This document shows positions 12,101-32,700 of a stretch of 64,000 nucleotides of DNA, piece after piece (positions within the stretch are counted from its first letter, which is position 1; each line of letters opens with the position of its first letter). Both the position numbers and the translations under genes were made by a program. This DNA comes from Tubiluchus corallicola (taxonomy: Eukaryota; Animalia; Priapulida). The stretch is taken from positions 186,001-250,000 of the forward strand of contig JAQGDQ010000229.1 of NCBI GenBank assembly GCA_030141605.1, written 5' to 3'. The notes under the pieces were generated by a model. It did not search any database. It was not told the origin of the DNA and saw nothing but the letters and a program-made list of their open reading frames with translations.

Positions 12101-15100
12101 TATATTTGTTTATGAGAAGTTAACAATCAGTCAAAGAGTCATTTCAAGGTTTTTCTCCCTGCTTTACTTTTTGAAGATTTTGCCCAAATGTTATGCAACG
12201 GTGTTATTTCGATCTTTGCATCAAATTACAAAACTACTGCTTCCTTAATAAACAAAATATCACTTTTCGTCATTATTTTTATTGAAATGAAATTAATTCG
12301 TTTACTTTAATAAGCCTTTTGAAATAATGTTATTTTTTTGGTAATTTTTACCAAATTCACACTAAGAAAGAATACTAACTGCAATTCTACCAAAAATATT
12401 TGCAGTTAAGTAATATCACATTAAAAAACATACTAACTGCATGACTTTTGGAAAAGTATTTATTTTCACTGTAAGCTATAAGACACAGTGTCAGCCAGAA
12501 GATGAAGGTCATGTGCTCGTGCAAATTAATACATGCGAAGCCAAAGTATTTTATAAAACAGAATCACTATGGTTGGAACCTAGATTTAGATTTATTGACC
12601 CTGGCTAAGATTTTGGTTATAAGCTTGCAACAGTCTCACAGGAAAAAATTTACTTTAAAAATAAAGATTAACAGTAGATGCTAATCAATTTCTATTTTGT
12701 ATAACAAATGACTTTTTTGTGAGGGATTTTTTCGAACAAGTAACTGTTGCTACTTCTGCTTGCAATTTCTCGTATATTGTTGGTTGCTATAATTTTTAAT
12801 ATAGGTTATTACTATATACATTCATGCAATAAAAATGCAAAAAAAACAGTATTAATTAAAGATCTAAAAAAGATTTAGTTATACAATCTACTCAGTATTC
12901 AGATTTTCAGGGATTTTAGAAAATTACGTAACTTAGTAACATTCAAACACTCTTTCAAGCATTTTGTATCGTAAACATTTAGCAATAAATGCAAATCAAA
13001 TTTAAAATTGTATAGAAATCAACAGAAATTACAGCGCAAAATGTGACGTGATGCCATACAAAATTTTCACCAGTTTCAGTTCGATTTGTTTCGGTAAATA
13101 AAAAAATTTCAGTATTGGTTCAAACAGCAGTTTTTCTTTACATTCAATGTGCATAATAAACAAGCCTAATTTATTATTAATACTCAAGTAAAATATAATC
13201 TAAACTTAATATACACATTTATAGTTATCAATTTTCGAAGGAGTCCACAATTCCCCATACAATTTAAATACGCTCACCATAACCCTAACCCTAATCTGCT
13301 TCAAGAACTAATTTCTTGTATGTATTTCAAGAACAACATTTTTCTACAAGTAAGAGTATAGGTATGACTGCTTTACAAGTCACAACTTACTAGTGCTCAA
13401 CAATAAACTACCACACTTACTTGTCTATTCGCAACTCGTGATGCCGTTGTCGTGCAATCTGAGCTGCTTTCCGACTTTGGGGATGGACAACTCGTCCAGC
13501 AACACGACACTTTGGAGCCTTTGGCTATTAAAAACGTAGAAATCGGTTAAACAAATCTATTGTGACACTGAGATAACCATAGAAAATCGACTATGTTAGC
13601 AATTTATTTAAAAGTTTTTCAAATGGGGTACAGTAGGCAAAGCCTTTTTAATTATTTCTTGTGCAGTGTGCTACTAAATTATTTGGCAAAGGCTGTTAAA
13701 GGCATTGGAAGATGGGAGTTTTTTTAAAACACGAAGGTTGGAAAGCCAAATGCATGGATGGGAAACAAGTTAACATACGGATTAACATAATGTAAGAAGG
13801 CTGAAAAAGCCACTTCCATTTGGCTTCACTCGGATCCTAAGCAGTATTTCAAGCTTAGTAAAAACACCAAACTGCAGTGCTGTAGAAACGTGTAAAAATA
13901 GTACATTTGACTTCTAACTAAGTCAACTTTATCAGAATAATATGCAGGTCTCGATAGTGAAAAAGTTAAATTCTTACTACTTTTTTGTTAAGACTGTGGC
14001 TTAATTCATATTGCTGCCACTATTATTATAATGACATTAGCTGACTATTTGCTTAATTAAAAGTTACAAACAGTTTATAAAACAGTTAATGTACTAGCCC
14101 TTCTGATAACTGTAGTGCGTAACATATTAATTTAACTTTCCTTTTTCACCCTGCTGAGGATTTAATTCCTATAACTTAAACTGCAATACATATCTGTGTG
14201 ACATACACTTCTAATTAAGGTATGTTATTGAAGATGTAATAAACAACTTTAGGTTTTTTGAAGAAGAAAAAACTAAAGTTTCGAAGTATATGAAGACAAA
14301 ATTATAAGGGCAAAAAATGCAAAATATTGGAGAAAAAAGACTTTGTAGTGGACTGCTAACATGTACTAATGAATACAAATATTTAGACGATTGATTTAAT
14401 AATAAAAACAAATACAAAACATCGATGCAAAAGAAGGAAGATGAGTTATATAATCTATGACATCAACAAAAAGAAGTGCTAAAAATTTTGGATGTAAGTC
14501 AACTGAAGTGTGTTTACTAATGTTTCAAATTATGGTCATACATTCAGTATTGAATAATGCAGAAACATGGACTAATATTAAACAATGTGAAATGAAGAAA
14601 CCTTACAAAGAATTCAGAATGAAGCTCTATGGAAGATATTTGAGTAGAAGAAACACGCCGTATTGGGGAATGTTATCACAAGGGACATAGACAGTTAGAA
14701 AGAGAAGCAAGGATAAGAAACTCACGCGTTTTATCATAATCTGTTGAATTCTGATGAATAAAAGCTGGCAAAGAAAATACTGATCGAATAAAATTGCTGC
14801 CAGTTTTCTGAAGTGTCAGAATTACTAGAACAATATCTACTCAACAATGTGATATAAGTCTGACTGAGAAATCACAGTGGAAAAAATAATTAAGAATAAA
14901 ATAAACAAAAGGTTGAATGAAGAATTAAATTTGAAAGTTCACAAAATGACAAAACTGAGATTCAGATACAGACAAAACAAAACTGTTACAGAGTGTAGGG
15001 TGTGCTTGTAGGAACTGCCAACAAAGAGATTATTCAAGCACACCACCACAGTGTCAATGCACTGGCAAATGTCACTGTGTAAATTTACTACCCACTACCC

Positions 15101-16235
15101 ACAGCATTGATCCATGCCACCCTAGCATGCAACAAAACATTATTATATTAGATTAGACTAATTGACTAAGTTTTGTAAATGTAGCCAAGCTTGTATTCAA
15201 AGTAAAACATTTAATTAACCACTTATGTATTTGCCAATGCCTTACTAAAAATATAATACTGGCCATCCATGAGAAGGTGCTCATGTTATTTTGAAAAACA
15301 CAGCACCGTCACATTCATTCTTTACCAATAATTAATTCTTGCATAGGGAAAAGCCTCTTGCAACTTTGAATATCCATGAGATAACTTGTTGGATATTGTC
15401 GGTGGTTCTAAAGGGTGAACGAGTCTCTATAAGTGTTAAAACCTGACGTAAAACCTGGAAAGCATATCTCCATCAAAGTCAAAAAAGCAAACATGATACT
15501 TGGCATGATAAACAGAACATTCATTAATAAAAATGCAAGCATACTCATCATGCTATATAAATTCAAAGTCCGTCCAATTGTGGAATATGCCAGTCCTGTT
15601 TGGAATCCATATTATCAAAGACTTAAGCGTCTAGGTCTGCATACATTATTATCTAGAAGGACGCACGCTGATTTAATACAAGCTTTCAAAATCATTAAAG
15701 GAATTGATGATGTGGATGTTGGAAGCTTCTTCGCTCTCAAGAGTCATGAGAGGATGATGCGAGGACATCAGTCAGAACTGTACAAGAAAAGAGCCAAGCT
15801 AAATTTAAGGAAATATTTTTTCAGCCATAGGATAATTGATTTGTGGAATGGTTTACCTCAAAAGGCTATCGAAGCAGTTACAGTTAATCAGTTTAAAGGG
15901 GCCATCCAAAAGTATGTCAATGCCATTGAGGAACGAATTATAGATTGGATTCACGAGAAACATGTCTGTAAACATTGAACCTTTCTACAGCATGATACTT
16001 GTACTCTTAGCTATAGATGCCTAGTTTTTGCTCTACGTATGTGTATATAGTGTATATAACGGTCCAAATCATTATAATTTTGTAGTTGTAGTTAAAGTGC
16101 AAGCGCCACAAAAAAGATTGTTTAGAGATTGAGTGTATGATATAACCCAGTATGGGTTCCTTACACAATGGCTACCAAAATTAAAGCATCAAAATAGCCA
16201 AAATAATGGGGAAAATAAAGTAATTAGCTTACCAT
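9123..16235 (-). CDS. TMA16: Translation machinery-associated protein 16 (60S biogenesis factor), about 218 aa, 6 coding exons
   Basis: Minus-strand exons: 16235-16233 (ATG only, then GTAAGC donor), 13524-13421 (PKAPKCRVAGRVVHPQSRKAAQIARQRHHELRID), 11812-11690 (..LGTKLKWFQEHL..EACSLVE), 11216-11068 (YFHRFDEELEQIDLINS..QHSSRRDAI), 10792-10750 (EIPDIVNGKNLKLFR) and 9357-9123 (NWTGEMRYAQNIKMRKL..stop). All introns are GT-AG with consistent phase (657 nt). Motifs match the remembered human TMA16 (MPKAPK..HPYSRKAAQI, WFQNHL, RFSSELEQI, EIPDI, NIKMRK). The ATG exon placement is the least certain part. Confidence 0.93.
10138..10570. mobile_element. Tc1/mariner-superfamily MITE in TMA16 intron 5
   Basis: 23-bp imperfect TIRs (CACTCATATCTTGGTTTGCCGGA / TCCGGCAAACCGAAACGTGAGTG) flanked by TA on both sides. 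Confidence 0.75.
14210..14990 (+). mobile_element. Highly degenerate non-LTR retrotransposon ORF2 fragment
   Basis: A-rich coding-like tract with IHSVLNNAETWTNI (resembles the post-RT LY.SETW motif) and TPYWGML; many stops and frameshifts. Confidence 0.5.
15433..15978 (+). mobile_element. CR1-type LINE ORF2 C-terminal fragment in TMA16 intron 1
   Basis: KKANMILGMINRTF, LYK..VRPIVEYASPVWNPY, RLKRLGL..L..RR..DLI..FKIIKG, RGH..L.K..LNLRKYFFSHRIIDLWNGLP: the hallmark C-terminus of CR1-clade reverse transcriptases, with an internal deletion. Confidence 0.88.
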
Positions 16236-16569
16236 TCTTCAGTATTATTTTTTACATATTAATTGAAAATATAAATTATTTCGGAAATCACAGTTGTAAA
16301 ACACGTGTTTCTAAAAATTTTTGTAACTATAATAAATAAGTTATTTTAGCCAATCACCAAACGATGTAAGTAGTTCGTTACGGAGTGCTACACAAACTTG
16401 ATTAATTAAGTATGAAACGCATTGGCTATCCTCTTGTATTATTAATATTATATTTTTTGAGGCGTTTAAAATGCACCTCAGAAGTTAATAATAACTGTGT
16501 AATAAACACTGTACACTACCACTACAAGAGAAAAACTGTGAATTTTGGCGCGTAGAGTTATAAAGTGAT
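16236..16569. promoter_or_regulatory. Bidirectional promoter/5' UTR region between TMA16 and KAT8 with two oppositely oriented CCAAT (NF-Y-type) boxes
   Basis: The divergent start codons are 334 bp apart. AGCCAATCA at 16348-16356 (+) and ATTGGCT at 16421-16427 (AGCCAAT on minus). Confidence 0.65.
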
Positions 16570-23338
<6,769 letters not shown>

Positions 23339-24499
23339 CGTGAAGCGCAGTACGACAACATGCGTGAATACATCAAGCACCTGTTTCGTACTGCGAGTAA
23401 TGACGCCTGAAAGTATCAGCAGAGAGTACCAATGAAATGTGCACATAGGTGATCATGTTATACTGAAGCTTTTACAGTTGCAGGGTTTTGGATATCAGCA
23501 ATTTGCAACTGGGCTTAATTATTTCTGCTAATTCTGCCAAAAAAGTGTTCTTCGTCTAAAAGTAATTGAGACGTACAACTTTTTTCCGATAAGAAAAGGA
23601 TGACTTTCAGTTATGAGCGAGTAATTTATGATAGTGTTTTTTTTAAGATTTGCTTCTTGTGGATGCTGGCTATTCCCATCACTAGTGGTAAATGATGTAT
23701 AAATTTTAATTGTGAAGTATTAATTTAATGTCAACTTCACTATTCACAATAATTGTAAATTTGTATTTATGAAGTTTAGAAAATATAAAACAGTTTTAAT
23801 GAACCAAATCTTGTCTGTGTTAGTTTGGATGCTCATTTTTTACATAAACATTGTAATCAAGTAACCAAGTGAAGTACATTAAATTTTATTAAGTGTTTCC
23901 TTGTAATCGATTACTACTGCGTTTTCGACTTTATAACTATTTTTGACCATTTATTTTTATTAAACTACATGTACATTGCATTGCAGAAAAAACAAATTAT
24001 TGTAACATACTTGCCGTGTTCCAAACAGAATTAGTGAAAACTTGAAAACCTCTCGAAATGTTTGTTTTAGAATCAGCTCCCAGATCTTGACACAGTTTAT
24101 GATGAAACCTTTGGTAACTTTAGCTGTTTATTGCCACTGGATGCCAAAAGCATTATTTCTGATCACTTGGGTTGACAATTAGCTGGGCAAAAGTGTGGTA
24201 CAAAATTCATTACACCTGGGCATATACACTTGTGAAAATAATTTTTCTAATGAAAACGTTAAGCTGTTCACTTACTCAAAAATTAATTGACGAATAAGCA
24301 AACCATGACAGCAGACTGATGTGTAAATTACTCGGAGAAGAAAAAAGCAGTATTTACTGCAGCAATATCAAAAAAGAAGCAACATAAGCAATTTGATACT
24401 GACACTAACTATTGCAAACCTGTAAGTATAGGTGTAAAATAATTTTGACAAATTAACCAGTTATTTCGCATAGTCTGTAGTCTTGAGGGGTATGACAGA

Positions 24500-24760
24500 A
24501 AATTCATCGAATGTAGTCATCTAATACATCCTGCAGATGTCTCAACAATTGTTTGAATGATGCTCAATGGTACCTTCTTGGATCATCTTAGCTTCCACTC
24601 TGACTCTCAGGGTAACTCCAATGTGTTTGGTACAGGTGAGGTCCAGTGAATTTCTAAGCCACGGCAAGTTCAATTCGATTGGGCTCCCAACGAGCTGTGC
24701 AGTGCGTGCAAGACTTCTACACTAAAAATTGATTCTCAACCAATTGAGCAATACTTTAAA
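24500..24760 (-). mobile_element. Tc1 transposase relic between KAT8 and DLG5
   Basis: Across frameshifts reads HCTAR..NRIE / LPWLRNSLDL..HI / WSY..; LPWLRNSLDL resembles the WPxxSPDL motif, followed by VPLSIIQTIVETSAGCIR. Confidence 0.45.
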
Positions 24761-25139
24761 GTATTAAAATGTTCTGCGCTGTTACTCGTTATCTTTACAC
24801 CTCACTACAAATTATTATGTTATACCCAACGTGATGTGAAGGCCACATTGTCGTCAGAACTTTGAAAGTGCTAAAGTACTAATTCAAGATCTCAATCAAT
24901 TATTATGATATGTTGCTTATTTACTTTTTGGTACGCTTTACTGATAATCACTACTTTTAGGTTGTAAAACGATTCTGTCATAAATCAAATCTGAGAGTAA
25001 TTTCATGTAATTTTGTAAATTTATTTTCACACTTACAGTATGTACAGAACATACACATGTACAAAAATAAAATTATAACCCAAAATAATTAACACCGTAT
25101 GAGAACAGAATGATTTACACAAATCCTACCTATTGTACT

Positions 25140-25365
25140 GCAGAAAGTACTGCGGTGCGCTTACTCTGTAGAAATTCACTGGTCATGAATGGATACAGAA
25201 CACGGTAACCGATATGGTTGAAACAGGAATTTTGGGAAATTATTTTATGGAAATTTAGACTTTTGGAGAAACATTGCTCGTTGTGTGCTACAGATATGGT
25301 TTGGAATATGTTGCGAGGCCAAGCATGTTTGGCGTGTAATATTGTTGTGGTGTAAAAACTGCAAG
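25140..25365 (+). promoter_or_regulatory. Candidate DLG5 promoter and non-coding first exon
   Basis: Locally CpG-richer tract ending in a good donor (GCAAG|GTAAAC at 25365/25366). The DLG5 ATG exon starts at an acceptor (ttgcag, 26774), so an upstream UTR exon is expected. The 5' boundary is approximate. Confidence 0.45.
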
Positions 25366-26788
25366 GTAAACTTATAAAACTAACCAGTATTTGTCTAAAT
25401 TAAGATTTAGGGACATTTAGCTTGAGCCTGTACTACAGAACTGCGAGCGAGGCGCGTGTCCTTTTAGGTTTTTAAAAGCAGTTGGATGTGTATTGTGTAC
25501 TAACATTTTGCTTCCGAAGCTTCGAATGTAACCTAGACTATTGCTTTTCATAAGACCTGCGAAGTTGTCTATAATTATATCAATTCAACTATTTTAACTT
25601 TGTTATACTGTGTAATTAGTATTAAAACTAAATAAGGTAGAAGTCTTCATAGATCATGCTATTACTATTGACGTTACCGAAGAACATTGGAAGATTAATG
25701 ATGATGTTAGAATTTTGCCCTAAATATGTTCCTAGGTAATTCGTAAGACTGATGTTCTGCATATGAGATAGACCCTATTCAGATTTAGCTGGAAAAAAGA
25801 GATTCTTGTTAGATGAAATGCGATGCAAAAAGCAAGTAGCACACAATATTTAAGTAAAATGCTAATGAATCAGTGTGGTAAGTAAATAGCAATGCACTAA
25901 GTAATAAGCAAATAATAATAGAAGCTGCTGAACTAGTAGCATGGTAAGCAAATGCAAGAGCAAAGCTATGGTAATTATTATAATCTTGATTAATATCGAT
26001 TTTAATACACACCTGTAATTAAATTTTTAAACGAAATTTGATCATTTGAAAACAGGAAACTTGAATTGTTGGAACACACCCTGAACTGGCTGGCCTCCTG
26101 TTAAGGATAAACTTCGGATTATCTTGGTCTCTGCTAAACATGGTAGTCTATTAGCCTAACATGTCAAAGATGTCTGCCTTATAAACAAAATATCTCTGGT
26201 TCAAATCCAGTGTGTTCCAACTTTTCATATTTCTTGTTTTTCAACTTATCCCAAATCGATATTTGAGATTTTTCAGTAATTGCAGTAATGGATTACACCT
26301 ATCAACATGACCATGTAGCGTAATTTGTATTGCATAATTAAAGATAAGTTAAGAAACTTCAATGACACAATAGTGTTTGTAACTAATATATTGTTTTCAA
26401 CCATGCCTGCTTTTAAGACATTTACTTCAACCAGAAATTTACGAAATTTGGTATGCAACTGTGTTAAAATATGCTCTAGTCGAAATGTTAATGAAGCCTG
26501 AATGTGATGAGTAATATGTCTGTTCATGACCGTAAATTTTAAAATGCCACCATTCTCTGTGCAGTCAATATTCATCGTTACATCCTTTTGCACATATTGT
26601 CCATTATGTATGAAGGTTGTCCAAAGACTTCAGCTGCTTGGTAAAAAAGACACAAGAATGGCAAATTTTCTGGTAAAAGTAAAATAATTGTAATCACTTT
26701 GTTGTAATTTTAACAAACTTTTGTTAAATGCTTCTGATTTACAAACTATCTTCTTAGTTTTTGCAAACTTGCAGGGCTTTCATTAATT

Positions 26789-29700
26789 ATGGATGAACAT
26801 CATAAAGAAGTTTTACGGAAAAATCGAACGAAACTTGCAGAGTCTGTCAAGAACGTCGATCAGCTTTTTCCATTTTTAAAATCTAGTGGTGTCTTAACAG
26901 AGCAAGACTTACAGGAGCTTACTCACATTTCTACGGACTATGGCAAAGTAGGTGTAGAGAATTATGTACTTTTTCCTTTTAAATATCTTTCGATATTGTT
27001 TATTATGCATTTACAGTTTATAGCCTCCGTTACCTGAAGAGTCCTTTTTTGACTGTTCAACTTTTGTACATATAAAGTAAGCGCATTTGTCGATTTTGCA
27101 AAGAGAATTAGTTATTACATTTTCTGCTTCTTTTTTAACACTTTTAACGAAATTAACACTTCAAATAGCCAAAAAAAATGACTTTTCAATTTAAACAGAA
27201 TGTAGAGACGAAGTTTCAAAGCACTACAAATACAGAGACAAGTATAATAAAGAAACTAAGCCAGTTAGCTTTGCTTTACAATAAATAAGCAACAAAAATA
27301 TACTTTCTTGGCTTTAAACATATGAACATCAAGCCTGTCATGTATTTTTCTATATTAATTGATCATGTGTTCGTCTTCAAGATTTATTAAGTTTTTGTAT
27401 TTTTCCCTTTGTCAGGCTATGGAAATGGAATAAATTTGACTGTTCCATTCTATAGACGACCCTTATATTGAATGCCCGAGTCACATAAGTCCCAATGATA
27501 TCTTTTAACCTTGATTATAACCAGAAAAATAGCATAAAATTAGCTAATATTACATTGATGTATAATATAAGTTTTGACCACATTTGAATTAATTTTGACT
27601 GTGAAGATCTCATTGGGGTTTATAAAAACTGGCCAGAAAAGAAAACATTTTGTTCTGTCCTTATTTAAAGTTAATCAAATCTTTTTATCTAACTTGCAAA
27701 GCACTAAACTAAACTGAGTATTTTCTTGATTGCAAAATGGTATAATCAGCCACTCATAGACGCAAGCATTGTTGCATTTCTTCCTATAAACGAAACTCGA
27801 CCATGTATGTTTCTGCTAATTCACTTGCAATTTCAATTGACAATAATAAAATCTAGAGCCAGGCCAATATTATATTCCGCTAACTAATGAAAAGTTGAGC
27901 ATTTTTAATAACAGTATTAGACGCAGCTGTAGCTAAATGTCCCGAACGTACCTGCGTTAATTAAACTCTGCAAGGGTGCGAAATAACTTGCACGCTGATT
28001 GGGCAGTCAACGAAAATGATTGACATTATGTTAGACGTCAATTGTTTCCTTTCAGACAGTAAAACTTTTAACTAGTATTCCAAGTTTGCAGTACGCAGAA
28101 ATGGAGGTTACCATTTAATGTAACTTTCCTTATTCGTGACCAAGTCACCATTTTTTCCATTTCACTTTCTAGAGCATTAAAATAAATCAATATTATAAAT
28201 GATGTATAGTATATTTCATTGTAGTTAAATATTGCTGGCTGTGGTAATACTTGGTGGGTGCGTGTGAGTGAAAGTTTGAGCACAAGATAATCCCCAAACT
28301 TTGTAGTTCCCAGGGTTGGATTCTTCTAAACCAATTCGTAGACCATGTTGCCCCTCGTAATTAAGTAAATTTGTTTAGGGCATTCCAGCCTACTGAGGAG
28401 TTTGTGACATATTACTAGGCAAAAATTAACCCTTGTTTTTCAGTACCATTTGGCTTGAAACAATTGCTGATGAATTTATAACAAAAAATATATTTTATAC
28501 TGAATGTTCTTTAACTGAATTTAAATGTAATTTCACAAGTAATTTCTCATTTAGGATAAAATCCTAAGCCAAAGTACCACTACTTACAGGTTGAGAGAAT
28601 TTTGGACATCCTTCCGAGGCGGGGAAGCAAGGCATTTCAGGCTCTGTGCGTTGCTCTGGAAAGTAGTTATCCGCATCTGGTCACATCCCTGTGTGTTGCA
28701 TCACATCCCTCTAGCAATACGTGCGGTAAGCACTCATTTAATTTACGTAATTGTAGATTTATCTGAACCACTAAAAGTCTTTGAGATTTCGATTTTTTAA
28801 ACTACTATAGAATCTGGCACAGCCTATTTGCCGATTTCTTGCAACAATAATGATTTCCAAATTCCATGACAAAATCATGGAAAGCATTTACATTTGTCAT
28901 ATAACCCTTCTTCCTAAAAATTTAGAATGTGCATAGCTGGGTACTTCCATTTATACATTATTTTTGTGAAGGAAACCATTACCGTTTAGCAATGTGCAGA
29001 GTCGATCTATTTAACATGCATGATCCATTTAACGGGCCGTTTTTGATGGTCATATTGGGAAACTGAAAATTGGGCTCGGTCTTCGCAGTGGTTCGTAGTA
29101 TCTTACAAAATTTCAGCTTCCTACATTGAAAGTGCAGTCTGTGATAACTTTCAAAGATAAGTGTAACAACAACATCACCAAGCTTTTGGGATCCTAATGC
29201 CTGCCAGATCCAAACAAGAAAAAAACTATAAAGATGTTGGATTTGTGTTATACGGGTTGATTCATTTTATTTTTTTCATTGCTCTTGGTAATTTATTCAA
29301 AAGATAACATTTTTTGTTGTACTTCAAGGTACCCCCATGACATAATAAGGAATCCAGAAAGCTAGTATGCCTAAGTTTGTATGTAGACAGCTACCAGAAT
29401 TTGAATTGTTCATGAACTTATTTATTGCACTTGCAGATGTGTCAGGTATATTTCTCTAGTGAATGCTACAGTTTTAGGCTTGATTCTTTCTTGACTGTAT
29501 AAATGTCTATCTGCTTTTATGTTTCGACATCAAAGTGAAGTTGTGTATGTTGTATGTATATTTGAAAAATAGTAATATTGCAAGATTTTAGGTGGTTTGC
29601 TTTTAAAATACCAGCGAATATACCCTGATTTCAATCATTAACTAGTCAACAATTTTTTTCCTGTGTGTTTCAGTTAATCATCATCAAAATCTAATCAGCT

Positions 29701-32700
29701 CTTCTTTGATTCAGAGCACATCCACAATTCTTCTACTCAGTTTTATCAAAATTTGCCCATAGCTTCTTGAGATAGCTTCAATTGCAAATTAAAAATATTG
29801 ATTTTCGTTATAGATAGCGATGGTTATTATCCATTTATTGCCATGATCATCAAAAATCTGATGCACTTTTTACTTTTTCACACCCAACCTTTGCAAAATT
29901 TCATTGAAAATTTCATCAACAATATTTTTTGATATCGTGTAAACAAACAGACAAACATACAGAACTTGCTAGACACGAACTGCTTGTCATTTATTACTGT
30001 CTGTAAACTAGCTATGTCAGAGCAGATCCTGATATAAAATAAAGAAGTAATTTTTTTCCACTTTTGGCAATTCCTGTGCTGAAATGCTTCTTCTTATTCC
30101 AGAAAATTTGGCCAGTCAATGTTTTTTGTGGCAAGATTGCAATGCAAACTTACTTATCAATTGATCTAGTTCCATAATGTTTAAGTAAACGAATGGGAAT
30201 GTAGCTTGTACTTAGATCGACATGTTTATCATATTGCTAACTCAGTAAAATTTTTTGACTCTCTATAGCTTGGTCTAGACATGTTTACCCATGGTTGAAT
30301 AAATAAATATTTAAATGTTTTGATTGGCACATGCATCCTTCTTTTCTAAATGTAAGCAAGTTGATCATTGCTGGCAACATTTAAAGAGTTAGTGTGTGCT
30401 CAACCTTAATAAATGTACTATAAACATTGAGAATATTAAGTACACGGAAGTGCACAGGCAGGAGAAAATTGAAAGCAGTGCTAGACAAAACTTTTAAGAG
30501 AGGTGATAAGTTCTTGGAAGAGCGGCTGAACTTCAGCCTGTTAGAAAAGCTCGATTCACTTCATTGAATCTGTAGGTCTTATCCTGATGCAATGATGTGG
30601 GTGTGTTAGTACTAGATCTAAAAGGACTTTTTCTTTTTTTATGCTGCATTTTGACTAATTAACTGCCCTCCAGCAAGTTAATTTGGCATTCACTGTTGTA
30701 CTTACACATTAGTAATAGAACTAGATAGCTTCCTATCCAAAAGTATATTTATGCAGTTTTGAGGAATAACAAATAACCGAAGTTTCCACATGAAAGTTGT
30801 GACATGTGAAGTGGTTATTATGAAATGCCTTTGAGTTTTTTGTTTTTTATCTCTGATTGGATTGATTGCACTAGCTACAATTGTACCCACTTCTGTGGAT
30901 AAAATTCATATTACTTTTGCCACATATGTGCACTACTGAAATATCATTGGTGATGTGTTTTACATCAATGGCCTAGCATGCTCGCTTCTCACCTGGGAAG
31001 TCGCGGGTTCAACTTCTGACTGAGTCATACCAAAGGTTTGAAAAGTGGTACCACTGGTTCTTCGACTAGGCATGCGGGTTTATACAGTAACATGTAGGTC
31101 ATAATAGTCGGGTCCACATTATAAGTATTGAGTTACTTAAGGTGTTATTCCTAGACTATGTTCTAAACGAAATCATTATTATAATACAGTGGACTCTCGT
31201 TATAAGAATCACCTCGGAAGAAGGCAAAGTGATTTTTATAACGAGCGATTCTTATAACGAGCATGACCCAGAATTGCTTTAAAAATTTTTATGCACATAA
31301 AATTATTTATTTCCCGAAATTACGCTAGAAACAGCATAATGTTTTTCTGGCCTAAAAAGGACCTAAAAATTCCTAGACTAATGTTTTTATTTCATGGTTG
31401 GGTAAATATTTCATGATGCCAGAATTGCCTTAAATTTTTTTAATTTTCATGTGCATGTGCATTTCAACTGACTGACACGCAAACAAACAAATTTGAAATC
31501 TCTGTGGTGTCCGCCACGCCCACTGCGCAGAGCCATGTAAGCAGGGCGTGAGAGACAATGGAGTTGGTGCCAAAATTGATTCTACTATCGAAAGAAGGGT
31601 GATTCTTATACGAGCAGATTTTCACTAGGAAAATGCCGATTCAATTCGGGAAACGCGATTTTGATTCTTATATCGAGCTGATTCTTATACGTGTGATTCT
31701 TGTAACGAGAGTCCACTGTATCAGAATCTTTGATTTAAATGCTTGTAATATGTGCATTTGAGACTCTAATGCACATAGAGCCTTTATGTAGAAAGATACT
31801 GGTCAGTCATTATATTTACTGATGCACATTCTTATGTAAAATGTTATGTAAAATCGACCTGCATAGAGCAGGCTATAGATTAAGCTTAAGTTCCGAGAAA
31901 TAAATTACACAATTAGAATTCAAACTCGTTAAAGATCAAAGAAAAATATCAATAATTTTAATTAATAAGAGTAATAATATATTTGCACCATTACTGACAC
32001 GAAAGCTTGTCAGTTTGTTGTAGCACATTTACAAAATGCACTAATGTCTTGCAATACCCATTTCCACTTTTATTTCCTAAATACTGGTAAAAAAGCTAAA
32101 AATGCCTGTCAGTTGGTAGAAAAAGCATATTATAGTTTGGCTAGCAACACTGGGAGTTTGGAAGCAGTGAGCGAAATCTTTAGCTGTAATTTCATTAGGT
32201 CCATGTGGCTTATTTGGTTCCACACAGTCGACCTTCGATGACTTCCAAGGCTCTGTTTTGATCCATTTCATACTACAGTTGCAAATCAATTGGTTCCCTA
32301 AATAATAGGGTAACCTGTCAGGGTTAAAGTCTATACTGAATAACAGTGTATTTCTTTTACCGAGTGCATTTATTTTTTACTTATTAAATAAGGGTTGACT
32401 GTCTTCAGTTTATCTGTCGCTATAATTGTATAATTAAGTTAGGATAAAAGACTGGTATCTTCCTTCTTTCCTATAGATAATAAGACAGTTTAGTAATGTT
32501 GAGTGCTCATCAGTAGATAGGATATTATCCAACAATGAGCTTTTAAAGTTTGCTTGACGTTTGACAAAGTTTGTTAAAGTTTGTGTAGATATAAGGTATT
32601 TATTATACCTAGGGCAAAGTAACATTTGTTACAAGATACAATAAAATATTCTCGTGGATCAGCGGATATTTTTGGTACCAAGGACTTCGGCTGTTCATGG

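Noticed and set aside
13280-13294. TAACCCTAACCCTAA as a telomerase RNA template or interstitial telomere
   Set aside because: Only 2.5 units in AT-rich intron sequence, with no pseudoknot or H/ACA context visible.
13578-13580. Alternative TMA16 start ATG|GTTATC with a 53-nt intron
   Set aside because: Poor donor and very short intron compared with ATG|GTAAGC at 16235-16233. Not excluded as a minor isoform.
25681-25758. C/D-box snoRNA-like ATGATGA..CTGA with AGAACA/TGTTCT flanks
   Set aside because: Stem offset from the C box, short span and no recognisable rRNA guide.
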